The notes below the pieces were generated by a model. That model did no database searches and had not been told where the DNA came from. It saw nothing but the letters and a program-made list of their open reading frames with translations. Positions 34,985-46,405 of a stretch of 64,000 nt of DNA are shown one piece after another. A program made the position numbers and the translations under genes. Positions within the stretch are counted from its first letter, which is position 1. The number at the start of each line of letters is the position of its first letter. The stretch lies in contig NZ_DASPHO010000392.1 of the NCBI RefSeq assembly GCF_035629615.1, positions 9,761 to 73,760 of the forward strand. The letters are read 5' to 3'. This stretch comes from Hyalangium sp. Its GTDB lineage: Bacteria > Myxococcota > Myxococcia > Myxococcales > Myxococcaceae.

Positions 34985-36337
34985 ATGCCCCGCACTGGCC
35001 GCGACACGGACTTGATCACGTTGACACTCGAGGCCGCCTACCGGCGCTTCGGGCTCGCGGGACGCTCGGTGCTGCTGGCGGTGTCCGGCGGTGCGGACTC
35101 CACCGCGCTGCTCGCCGGCACGGCGCTCGTGCGAGCACGGCTGGGGCTCACGGTGGAGGTGGCCACCCTGGACCATGGTCTGAGGCCCGAGGCATTAGAG
35201 GACACACGAGCGGTCGAGCGGCTGGCTGTACTCCACGCGCTGCCATGTCATGTGCGGCAGCTGCACCTGCGACTCGGAGCGGGCGTGGAGCAGCGCTCGC
35301 GCCTTGCCCGATACGAGGCGCTCGAGGCCCTCCGCGTCGAGCGGGGACTCGCGGCGGTGGCCACCGCGCACACGGCTTCTGATCAGGCGGAGACACTGCT
35401 GATGCGGCTCGCGCGAGGCTCGGCCTTGCGGGGAGCAGCAGGCGTCCTGCCCAGGCGTGGCATGCTCGTTCGTCCATTGCTGGAGCGCACGCGCGAGGAG
35501 CTCGAGGCCTTCCTCCAGGAGCAGGGCACGGGCTTCCTGACGGATCCGATGAATGCCGATCCTCGCTTGTTCCGCGTTCGGGTCCGGCGGGACGCACTGC
35601 CTGCGCTCTCTCGAGCGGCGGGCTTCTCGGTGGTGGAGCGGCTGGCTTCCTTCTCGCGGCTGGCCGCCGAGGACGATGCGTTGCTGGAGGAGCTGGCGGC
35701 CACGGCCTGGCAGAGGCTCGTGCTGCCCGGGGGAGGCCTGGACGCGGTGGGAGTCCGCGCGCTGGAGCCTCCGCTGCGGCGCCGGGTGCTCGCGCGCCTG
35801 CTCTACGAGCACGGAGCGACAGTGGATGACGCCACGCTCGGACGGGCGCTGGATGCAGTGGGCCGAGGGCGCTCTGCCACTTTGAGCCATGGCCTTCAGC
35901 TCCGCGCCTCGGGCGGGACCGTGCGCTGTGGCCGTCCACGGGCCGCGGTGCGCAGCTCACTCTCCTTGAGGGGAGAGGGCGCCTCGGGGGTGCTGGAGGG
36001 GACGGGCTGGCGCTTCATGGTTGGCCCCACGCCTGGGCCCGAGGGAGCGCTCTGCCTGCCGCTCCCGGAGGAGCTCCGCTGGCCGCTCACCGTGCGGACG
36101 CGGAGGCCAGGGGATCGTGTGCGGGGGGCTGGGGGTTCGCGAAAGCTGCAGGACCTCTTCGTGGACCTCCGGGTCCCCGCCGAGCGTCGAGATCTCCATC
36201 CAGTGGTAACGGACGCGGAGGGGCAGCTGCTCTGGGTCCCAGGTCTCTGGGTGCCGCCGGAAGGCAAGGTTTTTTCCGGACAGTCGCTCTGGGGGCTTCC
36301 CCCGAGCCCAAGCAACGGGGGTAGCGGTCCGTTATAG
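34985..36337 (+). CDS. tilS: tRNA(Ile)-lysidine synthetase
   Basis: PP-loop LLAVSGGADSTAL about 30 aa from the chosen ATG. ATAHTASDQAETLLMRLARG. Conserved position upstream of ftsH. The exact start is uncertain (ORF open from 34835). Confidence 0.85.
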   Translation: MPRTGRDTDLITLTLEAAYRRFGLAGRSVLLAVSGGADSTALLAGTALVRARLGLTVEVATLDHGLRPEALEDTRAVERLAVLHALPCHVRQLHLRLGAGVEQRSRLARYEALEALRVERGLAAVATAHTASDQAETLLMRLARGSALRGAAGVLPRRGMLVRPLLERTREELEAFLQEQGTGFLTDPMNADPRLFRVRVRRDALPALSRAAGFSVVERLASFSRLAAEDDALLEELAATAWQRLVLPGGGLDAVGVRALEPPLRRRVLARLLYEHGATVDDATLGRALDAVGRGRSATLSHGLQLRASGGTVRCGRPRAAVRSSLSLRGEGASGVLEGTGWRFMVGPTPGPEGALCLPLPEELRWPLTVRTRRPGDRVRGAGGSRKLQDLFVDLRVPAERRDLHPVVTDAEGQLLWVPGLWVPPEGKVFSGQSLWGLPPSPSNGGSGPL

Positions 36338-36515
36338 AGTCATCACGGGGCGGATGAGGGATGGCCGCGTACCCCTAAATAGTTGAGGGCTTTTTGCTGT
36401 TGCTGATACGGTCCGAAGCAGGGCGGCTCGCCATGCGTCGGCCCAAATTGTTGAATTAGCTGGGCGTTTTCCAGCGCGGCCCGCATCCGCCGAGCATCGA
36501 AAGGGCAGCAGACAC

Positions 36516-38435
<1,920 letters not shown>

Positions 38436-38457
38436 GCCTGCTGCTCCGGTAGAACCC

Positions 38458-38500
38458 AGGCCCTCCCTGCTCCGTGCTGGGAGGGCCTTTCTTCTTTCTT
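38458..38500 (+). terminator. Rho-independent terminator after ftsH
   Basis: AGGCCCTCCC-11 nt loop-GGGAGGGCCT followed by TTTCTTCTTTCTT, starting 23 nt after the ftsH stop. Confidence 0.65.
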
Positions 38501-38524
38501 CGCCGCCTCTCTGGAGCCCGCGCC

Positions 38525-39775
38525 ATGATCCGCGCCCACCCTCTGCTTGCCGAGCGTCCGGAGGAGCTCGCGCTCGCCTTCCGGCGGATGGGGCTGCCGA
38601 CGCCCGCCCGCGAGTACCTGCTGGAGAAGGTGCCCCAGTACCGGCTCCTGCTCACGGGGCTGACGCGCGTGGAGGGGCGCTTCCTCAAGGGGCTCTTCGA
38701 GGCCTCCGAGGCTCCTGGGCGGGAGGAGTACCCCTCCTATGTCGCCGGGGATCCGCGCACCCGCCTGGGCAGCGGGATGCTTGCGGGACGGCGGGAGCAG
38801 TTCGATCGGCTGATCGCCGCGGCCAGGGCCGACTCGGAGCTCTCCGGGCTGGCCGAGGTGCTCACTCGGGCGCTGGGCGTGGTGGCGGCGCCGGCGCCGC
38901 TCACGCTGGGTGGGCGTACGTTCACCTTTGGCTCGCGCACCTTCGTGATGGGCGTGGTGAACGTGACGCCGGACAGCTTCTCCGAGGGGGGACGGTATGC
39001 CTCCACGGACGCGGCCATCGCGCACGGGCTGAGGTTGGCAGAGGCGGGTGCGGACGTGCTGGACGTGGGCGGCGAGTCCACCCGGCCAGGCTCCCAGCCC
39101 GTCTCCACCGAGGAGGAGCTGGCCCGCGTGCTGCCCGTCCTGGAGGGGCTGCGCGCCCGCACGCAGGTGCCCCTCTCGGTGGACACCACCAAGGCGGCTG
39201 TCGCGCGCGAGGCGCTGAAGGCGGGTGTCGTGCTCATTAACGACATCAGCGGCTTCCACTTCGATCCGGAGCTGCCGCGCGTGGTGGCCGAGGCCCGCGC
39301 GGCGTGTTGCCTCATGCACATCCAGGGCACCCCGCAGACGATGCAGAATGCACCGCGCTACGAGGATCTGCTGGACGAGGTGCTCGCTTTTCTGGAGGAC
39401 GGCATAGGACGTGCAGTGGCCGCGGGTGTGGCTCGCGAGTCCATCCTGGTGGACCCGGGTATCGGGTTCGGGAAGTCCATAGGCCACAACCTGTTCTTGC
39501 TACGGAGGCTCAGTGATCTACGGATGCTGGGGTTGCCGGTGTTGGTGGGAACCAGCCGCAAGGGGTTCCTTGGCGCGCTCACTGGGGGCAAGCCGGCGAG
39601 CGAGCGTCTGGCCGCCACCCTCGGTTCGGTCGCGGCGGTTGCGGCCCTGGGAGCCGCGGACTTCGTGCGAGTGCACGACGTGGCGGAGGCGCGCGACACG
39701 CTGGCAGTGACAGAGGCCATCCGTGCCGCCTCGGACGGAGGCGCGCTCTACGCAACGACCAAGGTGGGTGGCTGA
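38525..39775 (+). CDS. folP: dihydropteroate synthase with ~140-aa N-terminal extension
   Basis: VMGVVNVTPDSFSEGG, GADVLDVGGESTRPG, INDISG, VDPGIGFGK. Start taken at ATG 38525, downstream of the ftsH terminator. Confidence 0.9.
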   Translation: MIRAHPLLAERPEELALAFRRMGLPTPAREYLLEKVPQYRLLLTGLTRVEGRFLKGLFEASEAPGREEYPSYVAGDPRTRLGSGMLAGRREQFDRLIAAARADSELSGLAEVLTRALGVVAAPAPLTLGGRTFTFGSRTFVMGVVNVTPDSFSEGGRYASTDAAIAHGLRLAEAGADVLDVGGESTRPGSQPVSTEEELARVLPVLEGLRARTQVPLSVDTTKAAVAREALKAGVVLINDISGFHFDPELPRVVAEARAACCLMHIQGTPQTMQNAPRYEDLLDEVLAFLEDGIGRAVAAGVARESILVDPGIGFGKSIGHNLFLLRRLSDLRMLGLPVLVGTSRKGFLGALTGGKPASERLAATLGSVAAVAALGAADFVRVHDVAEARDTLAVTEAIRAASDGGALYATTKVGG

Positions 39776-39930
39776 AGGGGCAGGTGATCCCAAGGAATAC
39801 GCATGGTTGGCATGGTTGCCCCGAGGCGTTTGACTTCCTAGCTTCGAGCCTGTGTCGAGCGCGCGGTATAAGGCGCTCGGGCGGGATGCCGGAGGTGCTC
39901 CGGCGCGGGAAAAGGTGAGAGGCGGCACAC

Positions 39931-41322
39931 ATGGCTTACAAGATGAATATGTCTCCCAAAGAGGAGCGGGCGTCGCAGCGGCTGTTTGGCACGGACGGCG
40001 TGCGGGGCGTGGCGAACGTCCACCCGATGACGGCCGAGGTGGCGATGCAGCTCGGGCGAGCGCTCGCGTACCTGATCCGCAACGGGCCGCACCGGCACCG
40101 CGTCATCATCGGCAAGGACACGCGGCTGTCCGGCTACATGCTGGAGCAGGCGCTGGCGGCGGGCATCACCTCCATGGGCGTGGACGTGTGGCTGACGGGG
40201 CCGCTGCCCACTCCGGGCATCTCCAACCTCACCACCTCCATGCGCGCGGATGCAGGCGCGGTGATCTCCGCTTCCCACAACCCATACCAGGACAACGGCA
40301 TCAAGTTCTTCTGGCGGGACGGGTTCAAGCTGCCGGACGAGACGGAGGCGAAGCTGGAGGAGCTGGTGTCCACGGGCGACATGGACACCATCCGGCCCAC
40401 GGCGGACAACGTCGGCCGCGCGTTCCGCCTGGAGGATGCGCGGGGCCGCTACATCGTCTTCCTCAAGGCCACGTTCCCTCGCGAGCTGACGCTGGAGGGC
40501 ATGACCATCGTCGTGGACTGTGCCAACGGCGCGGCCTACAAGACGGCGCCCTCGGTGCTGGAGGAGCTGGGCGCCAAGGTGATCTCGCTGGGCGTGTCGC
40601 CGGACGGCAAGAACATCAACGAGAAGTGCGGCGCGCTGTACCCGGAGGGCCTGGCGCGCGCGGTGGTGGAGCACGGGGCGCACCTCGGCCTGGCGCTGGA
40701 TGGGGACGCGGACCGGCTCATCGTCGTGGACGAGAAGGGCAAGGTGGTGGATGGCGACGCCATCATGGCCATCTGCACGGGCGAGCTGGTGGCGCGCGAG
40801 CAGCTGAAGAAGAAGACGCTGGTGGCCACGGTGATGAGCAACATCGGCCTGGAGCGCGCGGTGTCGCGCTGGGGCGTGAAGGTGGCTCGCACGCGCGTGG
40901 GGGACCGCTACGTCGTCGAGGAGATGCGCAAGCACGGCTACAGCCTGGGCGGCGAGCAGAGCGGTCACCTCATCTTCCTGGATCAGTCGACGACGGGTGA
41001 TGGGACGCTGGCGGCGCTGCAGCTGCTGGCGGTGATGTGCCGGCAGGGCAAGCCGCTGAGCGAGCTGGCCTCCATCTTCGAGCCGGTGCCGCAGACGCTG
41101 CTCAACGTGGTGGTGAGGGAGAAGCGCGAGCTGGGTGAGCTGCCCGAGGTCATGAAGGCCATCCACAGTGTGGAGCAGCGGCTGGGGAACGACGGCCGCG
41201 TGCTGGTGCGCTTCTCCGGCACCGAGCCCAAGGTCCGCATCCTCATCGAGGGCGAGGACGGGGCGCGCAACGAGGCCTACGCGAAGGAGATCGCCGAGGC
41301 GCTCTCCAAGGCCCTGAACTGA
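39931..41322 (+). CDS. glmM: phosphoglucosamine mutase
   Basis: [12 protein letters not shown], active-site [31 protein letters not shown]. The start may be the ATG at 39949. Confidence 0.95.
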   Translation: MAYKMNMSPKEERASQRLFGTDGVRGVANVHPMTAEVAMQLGRALAYLIRNGPHRHRVIIGKDTRLSGYMLEQALAAGITSMGVDVWLTGPLPTPGISNLTTSMRADAGAVISASHNPYQDNGIKFFWRDGFKLPDETEAKLEELVSTGDMDTIRPTADNVGRAFRLEDARGRYIVFLKATFPRELTLEGMTIVVDCANGAAYKTAPSVLEELGAKVISLGVSPDGKNINEKCGALYPEGLARAVVEHGAHLGLALDGDADRLIVVDEKGKVVDGDAIMAICTGELVAREQLKKKTLVATVMSNIGLERAVSRWGVKVARTRVGDRYVVEEMRKHGYSLGGEQSGHLIFLDQSTTGDGTLAALQLLAVMCRQGKPLSELASIFEPVPQTLLNVVVREKRELGELPEVMKAIHSVEQRLGNDGRVLVRFSGTEPKVRILIEGEDGARNEAYAKEIAEALSKALN

Positions 41323-41412
41323 CGACAGCAGCTCATTCCGGGGGACTCCCCAGGGGGATGAGGCCTCACGCTCGATGTGTGGGAGGGCCTGGCGGCAGTA
41401 GGCTCTCGGGTG

Positions 41413-43125
41413 ATGAGCCTCTACGAGCAGCTGTCTGATGCACTCGAGAACGACCCGCCCGAGAGCGCCCAGGAGGTGCTCCTCAACGCGGCGTTCCTCT
41501 TCGAGAAGGCGGTCCTGTCGTCCGCCACGCAGGATCCCCAGGACTTCGCACGCTCCATGGGGTGGCCGCCCGAGGTCATCGACCAGGAGACCTCCGAGGC
41601 AGGAGTCCACCTGCTGCGCGACGCGCTGACTCGCTTCATTCATCGATGGATGGAGCACCCGTCGGCGGGGTTGGCGGTGTGGGCTCTGGGAAAGCTGCAC
41701 TACCCAGGGCTGAAGCCCCTCTTCGACGAGGTGCTGGAGCACCACCTGGAGCGCGATCCGAACCTTCTCTACCAGGCGCTGATCGCCTTGCAGAACCTGG
41801 GCATCCGACTGCCGGGAGAAGAGCAGGGGATGTCCGTCTACGAGGTGGAGCGCAACCGGGTCATGGCTCGAAGCTATCGGCTGCAGCCGGGAGAGAGCCT
41901 GGAGGCCTTCGCCCAGAGCACGGCTCCGGTCGAGTCGATCCTCCGGCTGCTCCAGGAGCTGGTACGGACCCCCAGCCGAGGAGGGCTCGACGCCTATGAC
42001 TCGGCCATTACCCTCGTTCGTCACTGGCTGGATGGGCAGGGGGTCTCCAGTGAAGTGCTGATGGACGAGCGCGGGCAGCCCGTCGCCCTGCATGCGCGAG
42101 TGGGCCAGGGAAGTCCCAGCTTCGTGCTCAACGCACCCCTGGACACGGCGTCCTACGGAGACGAGGCGCGCTGGACGCACCCACCGGCCTCGGGCCTGCT
42201 CCAGGATGGGTGGCTGCACGGGCGGGGGAGCGGCGACAGCAAGAGCGCGGTGGCCATCTTCTGCCACATCGCCGCGGCGCTCCATCGCAGGAGGCTGTTC
42301 GGCAAGGGCTCCGTGGAGCTGCTCTTCGATGCGGACGAGCACACGGGACGGCTGGGAGGCATGCGGGCGTGGCTGGCCCGGCGGCCAGAGGGTGTGGCGG
42401 GAGTCTTCATCGGCTACCCGGGAGACGAGCGCATCATGATCGGCAGCCGCGGCTTCTGGCGGGCCCGCCTGCGGGTGCATGGGGAGCCGGGTCACTCGGG
42501 GGCCGGGCGCCGGAAGGCGACGAACGCACTGAGCCAGGCAGCCCTGCTGGTGCGCGCGCTGGAGGCGGCCCCGCTCCCGCAGCAGATGCGCGAGGACTTC
42601 CCGCTGCCGCCCAAGCTCACGGTGACAGGGGTAAGGGGAGGGGGAGACTTCGCACTCGTGCCGGACAGCGCCATCGTGGAGGTGGACCTGCGCCTGACGC
42701 CGGTCTTCGAGGCCGCCGCCGCCGAGGCGCTTGTGCGCGATGCCGTGCGGAAGGTGGATGAGGCACGACCTGGGCCGCGCTCCACGGAGATAGAGGTGCT
42801 CCCAGGCTGGCCCGCATACGTCCTGTCCCCCGAGTCCGGGCTGGCCCGGGCGCTTCAGCGCTCCGTCGAGGAGGTCCGGGGCACACCGATACCTTTGGAG
42901 ATCGCGGGCCCTTCGAACACGGGGAACCTGCTCGCCACGCAGGGCATTCCCGCCACGTGCGGCTTCGGGGTGCGCTACCGGAACATCCACGCGCCAGACG
43001 AGGCCATTGACGTCTCCACTCTTGGCCCCACCTACCGCGCATACCTGGGCGCGCTCGAGCTGCTGCTCGATGACACGGAGGTCCCTCTCAGCTCCCAGGC
43101 TGCTGCCGACAAAGGGAGACCGTGA
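41413..43125 (+). CDS. M20-family metallohydrolase (ArgE/DapE/ACY1-like) with ~190-aa helical N-terminal extension
   Basis: LHGRGSGDSKSAVA, LLFDADEHTG, dimerisation-domain segment FWRARLRVHGEPGHSG, HAPDEAIDV near the C-terminus. Confidence 0.7.
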   Translation: MSLYEQLSDALENDPPESAQEVLLNAAFLFEKAVLSSATQDPQDFARSMGWPPEVIDQETSEAGVHLLRDALTRFIHRWMEHPSAGLAVWALGKLHYPGLKPLFDEVLEHHLERDPNLLYQALIALQNLGIRLPGEEQGMSVYEVERNRVMARSYRLQPGESLEAFAQSTAPVESILRLLQELVRTPSRGGLDAYDSAITLVRHWLDGQGVSSEVLMDERGQPVALHARVGQGSPSFVLNAPLDTASYGDEARWTHPPASGLLQDGWLHGRGSGDSKSAVAIFCHIAAALHRRRLFGKGSVELLFDADEHTGRLGGMRAWLARRPEGVAGVFIGYPGDERIMIGSRGFWRARLRVHGEPGHSGAGRRKATNALSQAALLVRALEAAPLPQQMREDFPLPPKLTVTGVRGGGDFALVPDSAIVEVDLRLTPVFEAAAAEALVRDAVRKVDEARPGPRSTEIEVLPGWPAYVLSPESGLARALQRSVEEVRGTPIPLEIAGPSNTGNLLATQGIPATCGFGVRYRNIHAPDEAIDVSTLGPTYRAYLGALELLLDDTEVPLSSQAAADKGRP

Positions 43126-43141
43126 ACGACGCAGTGGGGTG

Positions 43142-44329
43142 TCATCGCGTGGGCCCAAGCTGCTCTTCGAGGAAGGTGCGGCGGGCGCTGAATCGCTCGA
43201 GCTGAACGGGGAAGGCCGTCGCGAAGTCTTCCAGTTCCTGGCGGACCCGCGGGTCGTCATGGGGCGCGGTCTCGAGCAGGGCTTGCACTGCGTCGGCGCG
43301 GTTCCGCATCGCCGAATTGCTCCAGACGTCCGTCACGACGCGGCTCAGGTGCGCGCGGAAGCGAGCGTTCAGGCGCGGATGCTCCCGCACCCGTTGAGGC
43401 AGACGGGCCCGAGGTACCTGGAGCGGATCGAGCTCTGGCCGATCCATCAGCTGGTCCATTCCATGGGGGAGGAAGACGAAGCGCCCATCCCCAGGCCGGT
43501 GGTAGAGGTAGTAATTGTTGAGGTTGAGGGAGTAGCCGTCCCAGTGCGCCAGCGCCGCATCCAGGGCGTAGCTGGTGAGGAAGGCCTCCACGTCGAGCAC
43601 GGCCTCCAGTGTCTGCTCCAGGGTGTCATCTGGGGTCTGCTCGACAACGGTGGCCAGCACCTCCAGATCCTTGCGAGTCCGCTCTTCCTCCTGCTCGTTC
43701 TTGAGGTCCAGCAGGGCGGGGCTTCCCTGTGGAGCGGCGAAGTCCACACAGCAGGGGCCTTCGTAGAGGTTGCCGCGGCCGTCGCCGAACTCCGCTCGGA
43801 GGAAGGTCTTTTCATAGGCCTCCCTCATCACGTAGAGGCCCAGGGGCTTCCCGTTGAACACCACCATCGCGTGCGCGCTTCGGGGAGCGACGAGCCCTGC
43901 CTGGCGGTAGAGCTCGTACGCGAGGTGCTCATTGAGCAGGCTGCGGTCCTGGATCGAGTTGTTCAGGAGCAGCCGGTCCAGCCCCTGATAGGTCTGATCG
44001 CGGACGAACTCATCGAACTTCAAGCTCCAGCCCGGCTTCCCCGCAAGGGAGGACACCGAGCCTCTCCCCCCTTTCTGGCGGATGCCCACGTTGCGCAGAG
44101 ATACCCCATTGATAGAGATGTCACACGGGACGCGCTGCTCGCGGTCCTGCTCCAGCGCGGCGAGGTGCTCGGACGCCACCTGGATGGAGATGAGGTGGAG
44201 GACGCGGGTATCGAAGGCGCGCGCCGGACCCGCGGCGTCCGGTAGCGCCGCTGCCCCCTGAGTGCAGGCCGGCAGCGCCGCGAGCAGTGCCACCGCAAGC
44301 ACTCCTATGGCTCCTCGCATCCTGAGCAT
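43142..44329 (-). CDS. CotH-family (atypical protein kinase fold) lipoprotein
   Basis: Signal/lipobox VLAVALLAALPAC. KPGWSLKFDEF, LLLNNSIQDRSLLNEHLAYELYRQAGLVAP, VFNGKPLGLYVMRE, GNLYEG, AHWDGYSLNLNNYYLYH..GRFVFLPHGMD are CotH hallmarks. Confidence 0.8.
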   Translation of the reverse strand: MLRMRGAIGVLAVALLAALPACTQGAAALPDAAGPARAFDTRVLHLISIQVASEHLAALEQDREQRVPCDISINGVSLRNVGIRQKGGRGSVSSLAGKPGWSLKFDEFVRDQTYQGLDRLLLNNSIQDRSLLNEHLAYELYRQAGLVAPRSAHAMVVFNGKPLGLYVMREAYEKTFLRAEFGDGRGNLYEGPCCVDFAAPQGSPALLDLKNEQEEERTRKDLEVLATVVEQTPDDTLEQTLEAVLDVEAFLTSYALDAALAHWDGYSLNLNNYYLYHRPGDGRFVFLPHGMDQLMDRPELDPLQVPRARLPQRVREHPRLNARFRAHLSRVVTDVWSNSAMRNRADAVQALLETAPHDDPRVRQELEDFATAFPVQLERFSARRTFLEEQLGPTR

Positions 44330-44507
44330 GGCTCAGGGAGAAGTAGGCATGGAGTCAGTCCAACGCCACGTAAGTACGGGATCGGACCTTTGCCAGTGTC
44401 AGAAGTCCGGGAGAGGTGTACGCGAGTGGATAGGTCCACGGAGCACTCGCTGACAGCCCCGCCGCGCTTCTCGTAGACATACGGCGCGCAGACAGAAGGG
44501 GGGAGCC

Positions 44508-45929
44508 GTGCGGCCCGGAATGGAACCAGAGGTGGAGGTTCGTGGCAGACCTCGGATCTTTGTCGACTTCTCGCTGGTGGATTACCGCACCCGGGTGACA
44601 GGCATCCCGCGAGTGGCCTATGCGTACCTCGAGGAGGGGTACCTGCTCGGACGCGAGCTCGGGTTCGATCTCCTCCCGGTGTACCTCCAGAATGGCGAGC
44701 TCATCGATGCACGCCCTTTTCTCGTCGGGAGCAACCTCCGCCGCTTCCGTCGCCAGCCGAGCCTCGGGAGCCTCCTCCAGCTCTTCAGGTCGGGGATGTA
44801 CTTCATGCTGCACGTGCTGCGGCTCTTCGCCGTCTCGTGCGCGGTTCCCTTCTTCCGGCTCGCCAGCTGGCTCTTCTCGTTCGAGTTCTTCGATCTCTGG
44901 CGGAACGTGCTCCATGCCGGCTTTCGCAAGGGCTACTTCTCGCTCAAGCGGCTCGTCAACGACTCCCTCGGGCGGCGCGTGGAGTTCCAGCCGGGCGATG
45001 TCCTCTTCATGCCCGCGTACTGGCATGACACCCCGCCAGGCCACTACATGCAGTTGCGGCAGCGAGGGCTCGTCATCTGCCCGCTGGTGCATGACATCCT
45101 CCCGATCACCCACCCGGAGTTCTACGAGTCTCCGTGGAGAGAGCAGTTCGAGCGCTGGGTGTTCGAGGTGCTGAGCCACAGCGATCACATCTATTACGTC
45201 TCAGAGGCCACCCGCCGGGCTGTGACCGCGGTCAACGCGAGCAGGTTCAAGCGGAGCCTTCCCAGCAGCACCATCCTGCACCATGGGAGCGGGTTCTCGG
45301 ACCACGCGCTCGCCTCTCCCCAGGAGGCGCAGACGGCAACTCAGGCGGTTCGCCGGGCGCCTCCGTACTTCCTGATGGTCGGGTCGATTGAGCCGAAGAA
45401 GAACCACCTGAAGGTGCTCGCGGAGTTCGAGGCCCTCTGGCGCCGCGACGTCCGGGTCCAGCTCGTCATCGCAGGGAGCGGTGGATGGAAGAACGAGCAG
45501 ATCCTGCAGACGCTGCGTGGCCATTCGCACCTGCATGCGTCGCTCATCTGGCGGGACAACGTGAGCGATGAGGAGCTCACCGGGCTGTACCGGGATGCGG
45601 CGGGGTTGATCCAGGCCTCCGAGGCCGAAGGCTTCGGGCTCCCGCTCATCGAGGCCCTCTCGCAGGGGACTCCGGTGCTCGCCAATGACATCCCCGTGTT
45701 TCGTGAGCTGGTCGGGGCGCATGCGATATTCTTCGACATCCACCGGGAAGGAGAGCTGGGCGGGAAGGTGGAGCAGCTGCTCCATGAAGGCCTTCGGCCG
45801 ACAGACTTCTCGTGGCCCACCTGGAGAGAGCGCTCGCAGGTCCTGTTCGAGGATCTCCTAGCGCGCTCGCGCGGGGTGGTGCCCGAGCGCAGCCAGGAGC
45901 GCACCGTCCCCCAGGCTGTGAGCGCATGA
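44508..45929 (+). CDS. glycosyltransferase, GT-B fold (family 1/4-like)
   Basis: PPYFLMVGSIEPKKNH...LVIAGSGGW...ASEAEGFGLPLIEALSQGTPVLANDIPVFREL (EX7E-type motif). GTG start; an in-frame ATG is at 44520. Confidence 0.8.
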   Translation: MRPGMEPEVEVRGRPRIFVDFSLVDYRTRVTGIPRVAYAYLEEGYLLGRELGFDLLPVYLQNGELIDARPFLVGSNLRRFRRQPSLGSLLQLFRSGMYFMLHVLRLFAVSCAVPFFRLASWLFSFEFFDLWRNVLHAGFRKGYFSLKRLVNDSLGRRVEFQPGDVLFMPAYWHDTPPGHYMQLRQRGLVICPLVHDILPITHPEFYESPWREQFERWVFEVLSHSDHIYYVSEATRRAVTAVNASRFKRSLPSSTILHHGSGFSDHALASPQEAQTATQAVRRAPPYFLMVGSIEPKKNHLKVLAEFEALWRRDVRVQLVIAGSGGWKNEQILQTLRGHSHLHASLIWRDNVSDEELTGLYRDAAGLIQASEAEGFGLPLIEALSQGTPVLANDIPVFRELVGAHAIFFDIHREGELGGKVEQLLHEGLRPTDFSWPTWRERSQVLFEDLLARSRGVVPERSQERTVPQAVSA

Positions 45930-45947
45930 TGCGGGAGGGAGCGGCGC

Positions 45948-46352
45948 TTACGTTCTCCGGTAGCCGCCGTGACGCGGCGAGGGCACCCACACCCACTGCT
46001 CCAGCTGCTCGTAGCGCCCAGGCACCCACTTCTGCGCATAGTGGCCCCCCTCGCACTTCTTCACGTAGCGCCGCGAGCCGCCTCGGCAGTCCTCCGCCAC
46101 CCACACCTGCTCGTAGTGGCCCTCCACCCACTTCTTCACCATCCGGAGCTCGTAGCGGCCATTCTGGTTCGCAGGGGGCGCCCGGCGGTTGTCGTGGCCG
46201 CCGTTGGAGCCATTCCCCCAGCCGGGGCCGCGGAAGTCCCGTGCTACCACACTGGAAGCGTCATGCTCGGCCTGGGCGTCCGCCGCTTGAGCGGTAGAAC
46301 CGAGGAGCAGCGCGCCGAGAGCCAGGGAGAAGAAGCCGATCTTGAGAGCCAT
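45948..46352 (-). CDS. small secreted protein with W-x-x-G-x-Y/W repeats
   Basis: Start ATG 46352. Signal peptide MALKIGFFSLALGALLLGSTAQA. Repeats KWVEGHYEQVWV / KWVPGRYEQLEQWVWV resemble YXWGXW-type repeats. Directly downstream of the hybrid kinase gene. Confidence 0.55.
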   Translation of the reverse strand: MALKIGFFSLALGALLLGSTAQAADAQAEHDASSVVARDFRGPGWGNGSNGGHDNRRAPPANQNGRYELRMVKKWVEGHYEQVWVAEDCRGGSRRYVKKCEGGHYAQKWVPGRYEQLEQWVWVPSPRHGGYRRT

Positions 46353-46405
46353 GTGCGAGTTCCTCCGTCGTGTTGTCTTGTCTGACGGAGGATCCGCCGG
46401 GGCAT

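Noticed and set aside
34813-35019. A 68-aa minus-strand ORF in the tilS upstream region that could feed the stem-loop/terminator array.
   Set aside because: It has no SD, an odd basic/hydrophobic composition and lower GC3 than the surrounding genes. I keep it only as the possible origin of a non-coding transcript.
39801-39819. A sigma-54-like TGGCAT..TTGC motif upstream of glmM.
   Set aside because: The GG-to-GC spacing is about 9 nt rather than the required 12. The pattern arises from a perfect tandem duplication of the 9-mer GCATGGTTG (39801-39809 / 39810-39818), which I note but cannot assign a function.
39838-43260. A 1140-aa ORF on the minus strand, the longest ORF in the window.
   Set aside because: It is antisense to the well-supported glmM and M20 genes. 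Its translation is Arg/Gly/Pro/Ala/His-rich with no recognisable motif. Such mirror ORFs are expected where codon position 3 is almost always G/C.
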